Positions 36,881 through 46,452 of a stretch of 52,165 nt of DNA are shown one piece after another. The DNA lies in the IMG/VR virus record IMGVR_UViG_3300032053_000109, positions 1 through 52,165 of that record; one strand, given 5' to 3'. Position numbers and translations under genes: made by a program. How positions within the stretch are numbered: position 1 is the stretch's first letter; each line of letters starts with the position of its first letter. The notes beneath the pieces were generated by a model that saw only the letters and a list, made by a program, of their open reading frames with translations, searched no databases and was not told the DNA's origin. Source of the DNA: a virus. Taxonomy: Duplodnaviria > Caudoviricetes.

Positions 36881-37285
36881 TTAGATTCCCTCGAACTCTT
36901 GCACTATGCAATTTACAGTTATAGTAGCAGTAGCACTTGAACTTAGTAGAAAAGCTGCTACATTGGAATTTCCTGTAAATAATCCCCTTAATCTAGTATG
37001 TATTGCTCCCACCGATAGTCCTTTAGATATTGCAACTCCTGGAATGGTAATACTTGCACTGATATCACCATAGAAAGTAGAACCATTTATGGTTGAGATG
37101 GCTCTTATATCGGCTGAAATGTTACCAGTGCAATTGGTTGTTAGTATAACCTCATGCATCCAGGTAGTAGTTCCTGCTGAAGCTGGCATACTTAAAGATA
37201 GAGTAAGAGCTGCTGTTGCGGTTGTTCCCGCACTAAAAGTAACCGTTCCAGAACATATTATGTTCAACCTGCCTTGTCTTAACAT
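36881..37285 (-). CDS. Putative virion protein, Ser/Thr/Ala-rich
   Basis: In head module; beta-rich, few charged residues. Confidence 0.6.
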   Translation of the reverse strand: MLRQGRLNIICSGTVTFSAGTTATAALTLSLSMPASAGTTTWMHEVILTTNCTGNISADIRAISTINGSTFYGDISASITIPGVAISKGLSVGAIHTRLRGLFTGNSNVAAFLLSSSATATITVNCIVQEFEGI

Positions 37286-37303
37286 GTTATCCCCCCTTAT
37301 AAT

Positions 37304-38758
37304 TTAGTTTGCTACTAATATGATTTCAAAACCACCCGAAATTGCTGCTGAAGTAACACCCACAGCAGTTGCTTGCACCGTTAGTTCAATATCGGTTCTC
37401 TCCAATAACTTTTCTGGAGCAAAGTAATTATGTTGAAACTTTGAAGTTCCAGTATCTGAGATAGCATCTGAATGTTTCACTCTAAATACTTTATCAGGTT
37501 CTCTGGTATCTAAATTAATTACATAATTTGAACTCTTACTTGCACCCGAGGTTGAGGCATAGAAGCTAACTAAATAACCAGTGTACCCCAGAGGTATAGT
37601 ATAAACAGCCATTTCCGTTTGCTCATATCCTGGATGTATGACCAACCTTATCTTGGTTTTGTCAGTAGGAACTCCCGCGGTTAGTGCCGTATTAACATAT
37701 ACAACAGTATGACCTACAAGGGGTGTTCCAGTTGCATTATACGCTCTATATACTCTATATAGAGGAGTACCTAATGCAACTCTTGTTTGCCCATTTAGAG
37801 TAGCAGTCTGTACTACTTCTGTGCCATCTGCAGTTTGACCGGTGATACTAATAATCTCAGTATCGGTTGCATTAGACGAGCTAATACTATCAATATTAGC
37901 ACTCGTACTATAAATATATCTCATTAACTCCCATGCTTCACCGTCTTCTGCACCATCCCAAATGGTGACTTCATTATCCGAGGTATCAAAGTCAAAAGCC
38001 TTGCCAAACTTATGTATAAAATTTGTTCCCACAACCTGACCTCTTGCAATTGCTAATCCACTCTCTGCATCTGTCACTCTTAAATTATTAGAGGGAGTAG
38101 ATGTTATGGGAGTAAATGTTGTTCCATTATTGGCAGTTAGCACAGACTTAACTAACTCAGCGTCATCATCAGAAGATATTGAATCGCCAATACGATGACT
38201 AGATGGCTTTACATAATTGGGCTTCAATATAGTTTGAAGTGTTACAACAGTACTTCCTAAGATACCATTCACAAGTCTTATCCTAAAATACCTGGCTGCA
38301 CATTGAAAACTAAATGTTTTATCAGTTCCAATTGCAATAGTGTAGGTATCTCCAGTATACCAAGTATTATTATCGGTCGAAAAATCCATATAAAAAGTAA
38401 TAGCTCTAGCTACTGTTGCAATAAATACTTGAATTACGCCATGATTGATAACTTCCTCGGCAGTGCCAGTGAAAGTACCCCCAGCAGATAGTGTCCCCAC
38501 ATAACTATTGGGGGTGGATATATGTCCTGGGGTTACTGTTACTAACCCATATGAACCATCAGCTATTACAACATCAGCAGTATTAGTTCCATTTGATATT
38601 TTCACAGAGGCTGGATTGGATGGTGAGAATGCCTCATTTCCCGATGAATCCTGCAATGTAACTTTTCTAGCTCCATGTAGATTAACCCCTATTACTGTTT
38701 CTGCTGCAGAGTTCATCCATTTAGGACTTGCCTGAGCAAACCTATCAAGTTCCCCCAT
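37304..38758 (-). CDS. Putative virion (head fibre/decoration) protein
   Basis: 484 aa beta-rich, between portal and protease; ARYFRIRLVNG, HKFG, MAVYTIP motifs. Confidence 0.6.
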   Translation of the reverse strand: MGELDRFAQASPKWMNSAAETVIGVNLHGARKVTLQDSSGNEAFSPSNPASVKISNGTNTADVVIADGSYGLVTVTPGHISTPNSYVGTLSAGGTFTGTAEEVINHGVIQVFIATVARAITFYMDFSTDNNTWYTGDTYTIAIGTDKTFSFQCAARYFRIRLVNGILGSTVVTLQTILKPNYVKPSSHRIGDSISSDDDAELVKSVLTANNGTTFTPITSTPSNNLRVTDAESGLAIARGQVVGTNFIHKFGKAFDFDTSDNEVTIWDGAEDGEAWELMRYIYSTSANIDSISSSNATDTEIISITGQTADGTEVVQTATLNGQTRVALGTPLYRVYRAYNATGTPLVGHTVVYVNTALTAGVPTDKTKIRLVIHPGYEQTEMAVYTIPLGYTGYLVSFYASTSGASKSSNYVINLDTREPDKVFRVKHSDAISDTGTSKFQHNYFAPEKLLERTDIELTVQATAVGVTSAAISGGFEIILVAN

Positions 38759-38906
38759 TACCTCCCTCCTTCCATCGCCCGTCGATTAATTTTTTTGCTT
38801 TAATTTCAACCACCTCAAAATGCCTTTTTAGGGCAGTTCTGTAAGATGTAACAATAGTATTTAATTCTTGTTGCCAGCTCTCTAGTTTGACTTTATTAAC
38901 ATCCAT
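38745..38906 (-). CDS. Small hypothetical protein (53 aa, not in ORF track)
   Basis: MDVNKVKLESWQQELNTIVTSYRTALKRHFEVVEIKAKK...; RBS AAGGAG. Confidence 0.5.
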   Translation of the reverse strand: MDVNKVKLESWQQELNTIVTSYRTALKRHFEVVEIKAKKLIDGRWKEGGNGGT

Positions 38907-38936
38907 TGTTTTAGCTCCTTAGTTTAAATTTTGGCA

Positions 38937-38965
38937 TTAAAAAAACGCCTCTACGGACGTTTTTA
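38937..38965 (-). terminator. Terminator-like hairpin after portal gene
   Basis: Minus strand AAAACGTC-cgtaga-GGCGTTTT then TTT. Confidence 0.55.
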
Positions 38966-38973
38966 CCATATTT

Positions 38974-40983
38974 TTAGCCTTCTTCATCTATCACAGGTAA
39001 TAAAGTACATCTACAATTTATTACTTCGCTTGCAGGTCCACTTGCTCCTGGATACATCAACCCATTGCTAAAAGGTTTTGTGATATCTCTAACCTCTCTA
39101 TTAATAGCACCATGGCTATCTCTTGTTCTACTGTCCGAGGTTGCCAACCATTCTTTTTGTTTGACCTTAGCGCCCTTGTAAGTTTCAAACGTGCCAGCAC
39201 TAACAGTATTGTGTGTTTCAGTTCGTGCTATCATATTTGCTCTTGATTTTGATGCTGTGTCAAATACTTCTCTGATTCTTTTTCTAATCTGAACAATGCC
39301 TTCTGTTGCGGCTATTCCTACAGATATAGTTTTTCTTAGCTGTTCCTTGGTTGTATCATTTATCCCTTTGACCTCTTCGGCTCCTTGCTTATCAACCCAA
39401 TCTAGAAACGCAGGGTTAAGCAACTCGAAATTTACTCCAAACTGATAAGCTTCATTGACTGTATTATAACCCTTCTTGAAACTTTCCAACCATAAAGGAG
39501 TTAATACATCTTCGAGTTTTTTATCTTCTTCATCCCAGTTTATGGGTGTCTCTAGAGTTTTAGTCTCTTTTATAGATGATAGTACTCGCTGTTCTTGACC
39601 TAGAAAGAATTTTTGTAGGGAGGATATAAATTTTTGTTCTCCTGATGATGCCGCCTTGTCTAATGTCCCCCACAGTGAATCTCTCTTAGACAAGGCTTTC
39701 TGGTTTTTTATTTCTGGGGGTTTAGCTTCAGGAGTTTTTGGTCTATTTGCAGCAATCTCTTCAGGGATAGACAAGCCATCAACTGGTACTGCAGTCATGT
39801 TTGAAGGTATGTACAAAATCTTTCCCCTACCATTCGGAAGTTCCTTATATGCATTAGCAAGTCTCCACTCATCCACAGTTAGAGTTCCTCTGGATATTCC
39901 TTCTCCCGCTTTTTTAAGAGCAAACTCAAGGTCCTCGGGTACGATATTCTCATACTCAAAAGTTTCGCCCTTTCCAAAATCGGGTAATAACTGACGGGTG
40001 ATTGTATCTGCAATAAAACGTAATTCTTTTCTTAATACATTCTTGGTGTATAGATAATAGGCAGCATCAATGGTAGCACGATTGGAGTTTTCTAATATAC
40101 CAAATATCTCAGGCGGTATACTAAAATGTTGATTTGTGGTATCTCTAAGGTATTTGCGAGATTCTACAAAATCCATCTCCTTAGTAGTTTCCTTCAATAC
40201 TTGTATCTTAGCATCCCATCCTAGCCAAGCCATCTTACCATTGTTATTATAGCCACCATACTTCTGTTGCCATTCTTCTCTTATCCTATCAAGAGTATTT
40301 TCATCTGCTCCAGGAGCCATACCAACACCTTCTGGAATAGCACCATTATAAAAAAACTTTTTGCTGTATTTCGCCATGTACTCATCTGTTTCTATCTCGT
40401 CACCAATTGCATTAAGCCTTCCAACACCTCTAAGATAAGGATTGGTAATATCTAACTTCTTGAAATACACCATGTCCTCGGGTAACACAGGCGTGGGCGA
40501 AGCATCCATATTACCCATCGGTTGAACCCAAAAACAATTTTGAGTTTTCGAGGGTATTCTTACAACCCAGTTTGGTGGGATGGGCCATAGTTCTGTTGGT
40601 ACTCCTAATCCGTTTCTTTCCTTAAGCCAAAATGCTTCCCCACCAGGCAATAATAAGTAAACCTGAGTAATGTAAAATAAGCCATATCTCGTTATTGCAT
40701 TATCTGAACAGGGATTATTTAGTAACAATTCAAGAAGGTGGTTTTCTAGCTTATTATCTTTGAGTAGGATGTTAAAATTTGAACTCGCTACATCACTTGC
40801 AATCTGATGTACCGGATTCATCCTTGGGCTGAGGTTATACATGTTCATCCAAGCCAAGGTTGAGTTCTTAGGAGGTTCTCCATACAAAGGAATAAACCTA
40901 GATAGTGACTGAGTAACACTTGTGGTATTTCCTCTTAGAATTGTTTTAACTAAACCTAAACGTTCTTTCCAACCAATCTTCAT
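38974..40983 (-). CDS. Portal protein (HK97 family) fused to Mu gpF/SPP1 gp7-like head morphogenesis domain
   Basis: LLNNP, GEAFW, FFYNGAIP, FSIPP, TVDEWR; C-terminal IARTET, KEWLAT.D.RTRDSH, INCRC. Confidence 0.9.
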   Translation of the reverse strand: MKIGWKERLGLVKTILRGNTTSVTQSLSRFIPLYGEPPKNSTLAWMNMYNLSPRMNPVHQIASDVASSNFNILLKDNKLENHLLELLLNNPCSDNAITRYGLFYITQVYLLLPGGEAFWLKERNGLGVPTELWPIPPNWVVRIPSKTQNCFWVQPMGNMDASPTPVLPEDMVYFKKLDITNPYLRGVGRLNAIGDEIETDEYMAKYSKKFFYNGAIPEGVGMAPGADENTLDRIREEWQQKYGGYNNNGKMAWLGWDAKIQVLKETTKEMDFVESRKYLRDTTNQHFSIPPEIFGILENSNRATIDAAYYLYTKNVLRKELRFIADTITRQLLPDFGKGETFEYENIVPEDLEFALKKAGEGISRGTLTVDEWRLANAYKELPNGRGKILYIPSNMTAVPVDGLSIPEEIAANRPKTPEAKPPEIKNQKALSKRDSLWGTLDKAASSGEQKFISSLQKFFLGQEQRVLSSIKETKTLETPINWDEEDKKLEDVLTPLWLESFKKGYNTVNEAYQFGVNFELLNPAFLDWVDKQGAEEVKGINDTTKEQLRKTISVGIAATEGIVQIRKRIREVFDTASKSRANMIARTETHNTVSAGTFETYKGAKVKQKEWLATSDSRTRDSHGAINREVRDITKPFSNGLMYPGASGPASEVINCRCTLLPVIDEEG

Positions 40984-40999
40984 CTTTTCACCTCCTTAA

Positions 41000-42556
41000 T
41001 TATTTTATAATAAATGCAGGCCTTTTCAACTTACAAATAAGCATCTGCAAAGCATCTGGAGCATCATCATGAGCACAAGTCTTAGAATAGTCTTTTACCT
41101 GCTCATTGAATGAAACATTAATTCTATTAAAGAATACTTTTTCACCCGTTATATCTGGCTCTATTTGCATTATACGTATATACTTATTCTCATGTGCATG
41201 TTTATGTGTCACAGTTCGGTAACAATCATTTGCAATTAACTTCTTTACTAACTCATCTTTAAGCAAATCCTTAAATAGGTTACTCTCTAATATGATTTCA
41301 TCTATTTCAGGATAATCTTTTACGAATCTTACCACCTCATCCATTAATTGATACGGATTATGTAAAGCAAGTTTACCCTCTTTGATGAAGTAACCCCCAT
41401 TAAGTTCTCCTCCACAGCAATAACCTGAGGAATCTCCCTTACCCTCGGATGGGTCAATACTTAACTTGAGCGTTTTAATAGCCTCAGGAAATTCGTCATA
41501 GAACATAAGATTCTGAAACTTCTTGTCTTTACTATTTCTAGGCTCATTCTGTGCTTCTTTCCAGAATGCATCTTCACCCCAAGCCTCTCGTTCTAACATG
41601 ATATTATAATAAGAGCCAGGATAACCCATTTTCTTTTTGGGAAACCTACCAGCCCAAAGAATTTTAACCCCTTTTAGAAGTTCTCTACGATGTTCAAGGT
41701 AGAAGTCATATGCATCATCCATTCTATCTTCATTGTAGATGTTACGGTAGATTTTTCTCCATTCTTCCCATAAAGTTTCATTCTCCGGAAAAGTTATTAC
41801 ACATTTATAAAAAACGGTTCTCCAAGAGGGTTCCTTGGTAACTCGTGCTAATAAAGAGTCATCGCTTAGCAGAGTTCCTATATAAAAATAGTCAGTCTTG
41901 TAATATCCCAGACGTCCTATCTCACTACGAAAACAATCATCAAGTTTCTTTCTTAGTGACTCAGATTCTATAACCGTTTTGTCCTCTAGATCATCCAGAA
42001 TAATTAAGTCAGGTCGGCTATCTTTATTGATTCCTCGAATACCCGATTTCCATCCTGTGCAGGCTATCCATACGCCATTTTTTAGGCATATATTATCGGC
42101 ATTCCATACAGTTCCTTTCTGTGTTCCAAAGTCCTCTACAATCTCTATCTTGCATAAAGCTTTCTTTGTTTTTTCGAGAAAATTTGCTGCGGTATCACCG
42201 TTAGCAGAGATAAAGAAAATAAACTTCTTCTTCTTGTATAAGGCTGCCCACGTAGGAACTGCGAAAGTTGATAAGGTTGATTTTCCGTGCTCACGTGGAG
42301 CCACCACAGCAATCTTCTCTTGTGAATTGGTCTGAACGGACTTAGTTAGTATTTCAAGTATATCTCGGGCATAATCTCCAAACTCTCTTTCAAATTGATC
42401 GGTTAGATAGGCTTTACAAAAATACTCGGGATCTATTTCTCCCAACATCCTTCTAAGGCCATTTGGACCTGTTAGAGGATAATTACTTAGTAATAACTCA
42501 GTATCATTACCAAAATGCTTATAGGCTGTTGCTATTAATAGACCTCTATCTAACAT
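41000..42556 (-). CDS. terL: Terminase large subunit
   Basis: APREHGKST, RPDLIILDDLE, YIGT, SIDPS, HDDAPDA. Confidence 0.92.
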   Translation of the reverse strand: MLDRGLLIATAYKHFGNDTELLLSNYPLTGPNGLRRMLGEIDPEYFCKAYLTDQFEREFGDYARDILEILTKSVQTNSQEKIAVVAPREHGKSTLSTFAVPTWAALYKKKKFIFFISANGDTAANFLEKTKKALCKIEIVEDFGTQKGTVWNADNICLKNGVWIACTGWKSGIRGINKDSRPDLIILDDLEDKTVIESESLRKKLDDCFRSEIGRLGYYKTDYFYIGTLLSDDSLLARVTKEPSWRTVFYKCVITFPENETLWEEWRKIYRNIYNEDRMDDAYDFYLEHRRELLKGVKILWAGRFPKKKMGYPGSYYNIMLEREAWGEDAFWKEAQNEPRNSKDKKFQNLMFYDEFPEAIKTLKLSIDPSEGKGDSSGYCCGGELNGGYFIKEGKLALHNPYQLMDEVVRFVKDYPEIDEIILESNLFKDLLKDELVKKLIANDCYRTVTHKHAHENKYIRIMQIEPDITGEKVFFNRINVSFNEQVKDYSKTCAHDDAPDALQMLICKLKRPAFIIK

Positions 42557-44315
42557 TCAAATCATCCTTTGCCTTGAGTAGACTTTGTAGGCATATATTT
42601 GTTATATCTCCAACATATGAATACCACTTACTCATTTTATAGATTTTCATAACATACTGCATTTCAAGCGAGAGATGGATTGATTGTACTATATGCATTA
42701 GAAGCAGTTGGAATGTGTGATTATAGTTATCAATTATTTTAGCTCTTGGAGCCATCAGTTCTGCAATTGGAAGGTCTTCATCCAGTTTAGACCCCTCAAT
42801 GCATAAATCTATAATATCTTTTACATCTCTAATAGTATTATCCATTAGAATTTTAAGCTTTTCAATATCATCTTCAGCAGAAGTAAAGTTTTTAAGCTCC
42901 TCTTTAATTATGTCTAGAGGGTTAAATACTTCAGTTACTGCTAAATCTATAATTTTTTGTAACGGTTCAACTCGAGTTCCTGAGATATAAGCACCACCTT
43001 CAGTACAGTTATACACAGTACCGGAGTAGTGAGCTATATCCACCTCATGGGCTTTTAAGAAAGATACCCACCCATCATTGGTTTTTACTAGGTCCGTGAG
43101 ATTTCCTTTTACTTCTAATTCATTTTCACCCGCACTACTAAATGGAACTGGAGTAGCATGAGTCTCACCATCCTCACCATAGGCTAGGTCTTGGCCAACC
43201 ATTATAATGGGGTCACAGCCAAGAGCCTTTGCTATAGTGAAAGCCATATTAGAGGAGGACAATCTTATATCAAGTATACCTCTATCAATTCCTAACCACT
43301 TAAAGTGATCAAAATTACGGTATACAATAATCTTGGGACCATTATAAGATTGATATACATGATTAAATAATACAGGACAGGCAGCCATATATACATCCTT
43401 ACATTCTTCCTCAGGTATTTCATCAAAGAACTGTTGTACGGCATGTTCACGTTCTAGCGATGTAACCATATGGGGCTTAATACCGTTTGCTAATAGCAGT
43501 TTCAATGATGCATCCACAGATAATATTAATGCCTTATCTTCTAGGCCTTTAAGCAGGTGTATATTCTTCTTAAGACTAGGACCTGTTGCAACTATTATTG
43601 CGGGCTTACCCTTAAACTTATCATATAACAAATTAATTCCAGGATTATTTGCTATCTCTAGAACATTATCAAACATATTTTCTACACCAATAAGACTATC
43701 CTCAGGACAGTTTCCAAAGTTATGTAGATTATCCCATGAGGCTTCAAAAAACTTACCACATGCATTCATATAATAGGCTTTACTTATTTTTAATGGTATT
43801 TCAGTTACCAGAGGTTGACAACTGCTTGTAAATAACATATCTTTAAGGTTGTTCATAAAAAAGTCTCTATATACTAAATATAAATCTTCTTCAGGAATAC
43901 CAACAATGAAATGTAATGCTGGAGATAATACCATTTCAGATATATCACTTGCATTCATAGCAGCCACAAAGAGCTCGATGTCCCTCTCAATGATAATAGC
44001 ACCTTGAGTATTAAATTCAGCCGCATATTTATGGAAGAAGTATTGAACCTCATACCCTAGACCAAACCCTAGAAATATTGGCATCCTTACATTTTCTAAC
44101 TTTAAGCCCTTCCACTGAGCCTCAAAATATTCGGTCATGACTCCTCTATACCAGGGTTCATTCAAGATTAGATGCTTCACATTGGGAGCACATCCAGGGC
44201 TTTGGAATAACTCATAGTTAACTATCCTAGTGTGTTTCACCCTCTCGGCTAATTCGGGGTATCTTATCTGGAGTGCTTGAAAATTCTTTTCATAAATGTT
44301 CCTATCTGTTAGCAT
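42546..44315 (-). CDS. maf: Maf-family (motility-associated factor, DUF115/MptE-like) nonulosonate glycosyltransferase
   Basis: KNFQAL, LGFGLGY, IIERD, AIIVATGPSLKKNI, VDAS, GIKPH, LGCDPIIMVGQDLAY, YNCTEGGAYI.GT. Confidence 0.85.
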   Translation of the reverse strand: MLTDRNIYEKNFQALQIRYPELAERVKHTRIVNYELFQSPGCAPNVKHLILNEPWYRGVMTEYFEAQWKGLKLENVRMPIFLGFGLGYEVQYFFHKYAAEFNTQGAIIIERDIELFVAAMNASDISEMVLSPALHFIVGIPEEDLYLVYRDFFMNNLKDMLFTSSCQPLVTEIPLKISKAYYMNACGKFFEASWDNLHNFGNCPEDSLIGVENMFDNVLEIANNPGINLLYDKFKGKPAIIVATGPSLKKNIHLLKGLEDKALILSVDASLKLLLANGIKPHMVTSLEREHAVQQFFDEIPEEECKDVYMAACPVLFNHVYQSYNGPKIIVYRNFDHFKWLGIDRGILDIRLSSSNMAFTIAKALGCDPIIMVGQDLAYGEDGETHATPVPFSSAGENELEVKGNLTDLVKTNDGWVSFLKAHEVDIAHYSGTVYNCTEGGAYISGTRVEPLQKIIDLAVTEVFNPLDIIKEELKNFTSAEDDIEKLKILMDNTIRDVKDIIDLCIEGSKLDEDLPIAELMAPRAKIIDNYNHTFQLLLMHIVQSIHLSLEMQYVMKIYKMSKWYSYVGDITNICLQSLLKAKDDLNVR

Positions 44316-44319
44316 TTAC

Positions 44320-44475
44320 TCAGCTCCTTTTTATCTTAATCTTATTAAAATAGAATCCATCTTTAGTAGCTTCCTTTAATTTGTAATTCTCTCCTTCAAT
44401 GGTCCATACAGTATCATTCTTTATATATCCTAACTCTTCTAGTTCTTGGTTGGTAAAATATATTATGTTATCTAT
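44320..44475 (-). CDS. Possible small ORF (51 aa, ATA start)
   Basis: Open frame IDNIIYFTNQELEELGYIKNDTVWTIEGENYKLKEATKDGFYFNKIKIKRS* fills the pseB-maf gap; non-canonical start. Confidence 0.35.
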   Translation of the reverse strand: MDNIIYFTNQELEELGYIKNDTVWTIEGENYKLKEATKDGFYFNKIKIKRS

Positions 44476-45326
44476 GATATCAACCCCTCTATAGATTTTT
44501 TTATTTCATCAACTGTTAAAAACCAAGGATTTGTACCAGAGTCGAACTGTTGACCCATGGTCTCATGTATTTTCTCACCCTCACGAATACCTATAATATG
44601 ATATGGCATGTCAAAAGCATCTGCAAGGTCTGTGATTAATACCGAGGGCAAAAAGGGCATAAAGGTTTCATTTCCATACATCTGATTAAGGGATTCGGTA
44701 ACAAACTCTAGAACATCCTTCATATCAAACCAAAAGCGAGTCATATCAGGATGAGTAATTGGTAGTGATGTAGCTCCAGATTTAATTAGCTTATTCCAAA
44801 CTGGAACAATAGAGCCATTCGAGCCAACAACATTCCCATAGCGACACACAGAAAAGCGAATATCATCATTTGCGGCATACTTATTTGCATTCAACCACAA
44901 CCTCTCTGCCATGGCTTTACTAGTGCCATAGGTGTTAATGGGAGCTACTGCTTTATCAGTACTAATAAGTAAACATTTCCAAACTTTATTCTCAATACAG
45001 GCATCTACAACATTCTGAGTTCCTACTACGTTTGTTAACATGGCCTCTGACGGATTATATTCACAGGCATCCAGGTCTTTTATGGCTGCTGCATGAACTA
45101 TTATGTCAACACCTTTAGTGGCCCTTAAAAGCCTATCCTTGTCTCTTACATCGCCAATGAACCAACGCATGTTTGAGGGATTTCCAAGTTCATCTCTGAG
45201 TTCTTTCTGTTTTAACCAACAACGAGAAAAACATATGATTTTTTTAGTTTCCTCATCCTTTAGTAAATGCTTTATGTAAGCACTTCCAAAGCTTCCTGTG
45301 CCACCAGTTATCAAAATCGAAGTCAT
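44472..45326 (-). CDS. pseB: UDP-N-acetylglucosamine 4,6-dehydratase (PseB-like)
   Basis: ITGGTGSFG, FIGDVRD, HAAAIK, EYNP, STDKAV.P.N.YG.SK, RYGNVVGS.GS, MTRFW, GIREGEKIHE. Confidence 0.9.
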   Translation of the reverse strand: MTSILITGGTGSFGSAYIKHLLKDEETKKIICFSRCWLKQKELRDELGNPSNMRWFIGDVRDKDRLLRATKGVDIIVHAAAIKDLDACEYNPSEAMLTNVVGTQNVVDACIENKVWKCLLISTDKAVAPINTYGTSKAMAERLWLNANKYAANDDIRFSVCRYGNVVGSNGSIVPVWNKLIKSGATSLPITHPDMTRFWFDMKDVLEFVTESLNQMYGNETFMPFLPSVLITDLADAFDMPYHIIGIREGEKIHETMGQQFDSGTNPWFLTVDEIKKSIEGLIS

Positions 45327-45919
45327 TATAACACCTCCTTAAGCATTTCAGGAGTTCTTGCGAATGGACCTGCATCAAGTCCTGTACTATTCTTAAGCTT
45401 ATAATGGCATTCGTAGAAGTTTGGATAATATTCTTTGAATAACTGCCAATCGCAAGTATGATCTGATATTGCCATGCTAAGTTTCTTTGCTCCGAACTTG
45501 AAGTACTCTTCTATCTTAGCAGGATAGTGACTAATACAGGCAAAATTGATATTGCCTTTATCACTACCCGATACATACACAGGAAACTTCCTTGGAATCT
45601 CACCGATAAGCCAGTCCAAGTTGCGATTATTTGCTATTTTAACAAATGGTACATCAAACCCCAATAGAAAATCCAAACTTACCAAGTCAAACACCGAGGA
45701 TGTTGTTTTATATCCGTGTAATTTTGCATATTCATAGGCCTTTTTGAATACGTCATATCTAAGGGGTATATTTTCACCAGCTCTTACAAATAACTGATGT
45801 TTGAATACCACCTCATGCTTAAGAGTATCAATTTCTCTTATGGAATCAATCATTTTCTTAAGATATAACCAATCGTTCTTATGAGTGTTAGCACTCACAT
45901 CTAATATAATTCTACTCAT
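45326..45919 (-). CDS. Short NeuB/PseI-family nonulosonate synthase
   Basis: IILDVSAN.H, FKHQLF, SSVFD, FVKIA, CISHYPA, ISDHT, YECHYKL, GLD. Confidence 0.75.
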   Translation of the reverse strand: MSRIILDVSANTHKNDWLYLKKMIDSIREIDTLKHEVVFKHQLFVRAGENIPLRYDVFKKAYEYAKLHGYKTTSSVFDLVSLDFLLGFDVPFVKIANNRNLDWLIGEIPRKFPVYVSGSDKGNINFACISHYPAKIEEYFKFGAKKLSMAISDHTCDWQLFKEYYPNFYECHYKLKNSTGLDAGPFARTPEMLKEVL

Positions 45920-46452
45920 TTTATCAGCTCCTTAACTGGGGTATCCCACCCCTTTAATAATATGGGTTTTTCTGAACTTCTGTGGTAGCTACCTTTACCC
46001 TCTTGAGGGAGTCCTTGTATACGATTCATTCTTAATACGGGCCATGTTTGTATAAATATATCTTCCATGTATTTGGTTAATATTTTATAACTTGTTGCTA
46101 AAGTTTCTGTCTCTATATCCAGGGGAATCTCTGTTCTTATTAGAATATCTCCTGTGTCAAGACCTTCATCTATAAGATGTATTGTGTAACCCTTGGGAGT
46201 ATTATCAACCCAACTCCAATAGTTAGGGTCAACTCCTCGGTTCCACGGAAGATAAGACATATGAAGATTAATTGCTGGAACCAAATCTAGAACATCTTTT
46301 TTTAGGATATGTCTATACCCATAACTTACTATCCAATCAAATCCCCTAACAAAATTAGCATCAACCTTATCGATTGTTTGAACTACCTCGTCATCTACTC
46401 CTTCAAAAGCTTTAATTAAGCTCTGATGTGGGCTCAAGAGAAGTACTCTCAT
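45916..46452 (-). CDS. Formyltransferase (Fmt-like sugar N-formyltransferase)
   Basis: SYGYRHIL, INLHMSYLPWNRG..PN, TIHLIDEGLDTGDI. Confidence 0.88.
   Translation of the reverse strand: MRVLLLSPHQSLIKAFEGVDDEVVQTIDKVDANFVRGFDWIVSYGYRHILKKDVLDLVPAINLHMSYLPWNRGVDPNYWSWVDNTPKGYTIHLIDEGLDTGDILIRTEIPLDIETETLATSYKILTKYMEDIFIQTWPVLRMNRIQGLPQEGKGSYHRSSEKPILLKGWDTPVKELIK

Noticed and set aside
42546-44315. MptE (6-hydroxymethylpterin diphosphokinase) as the function
   Set aside because: The domain is shared, but the 589-aa Maf architecture and neighbouring nonulosonate genes point to a glycosyltransferase; no pterin genes nearby.
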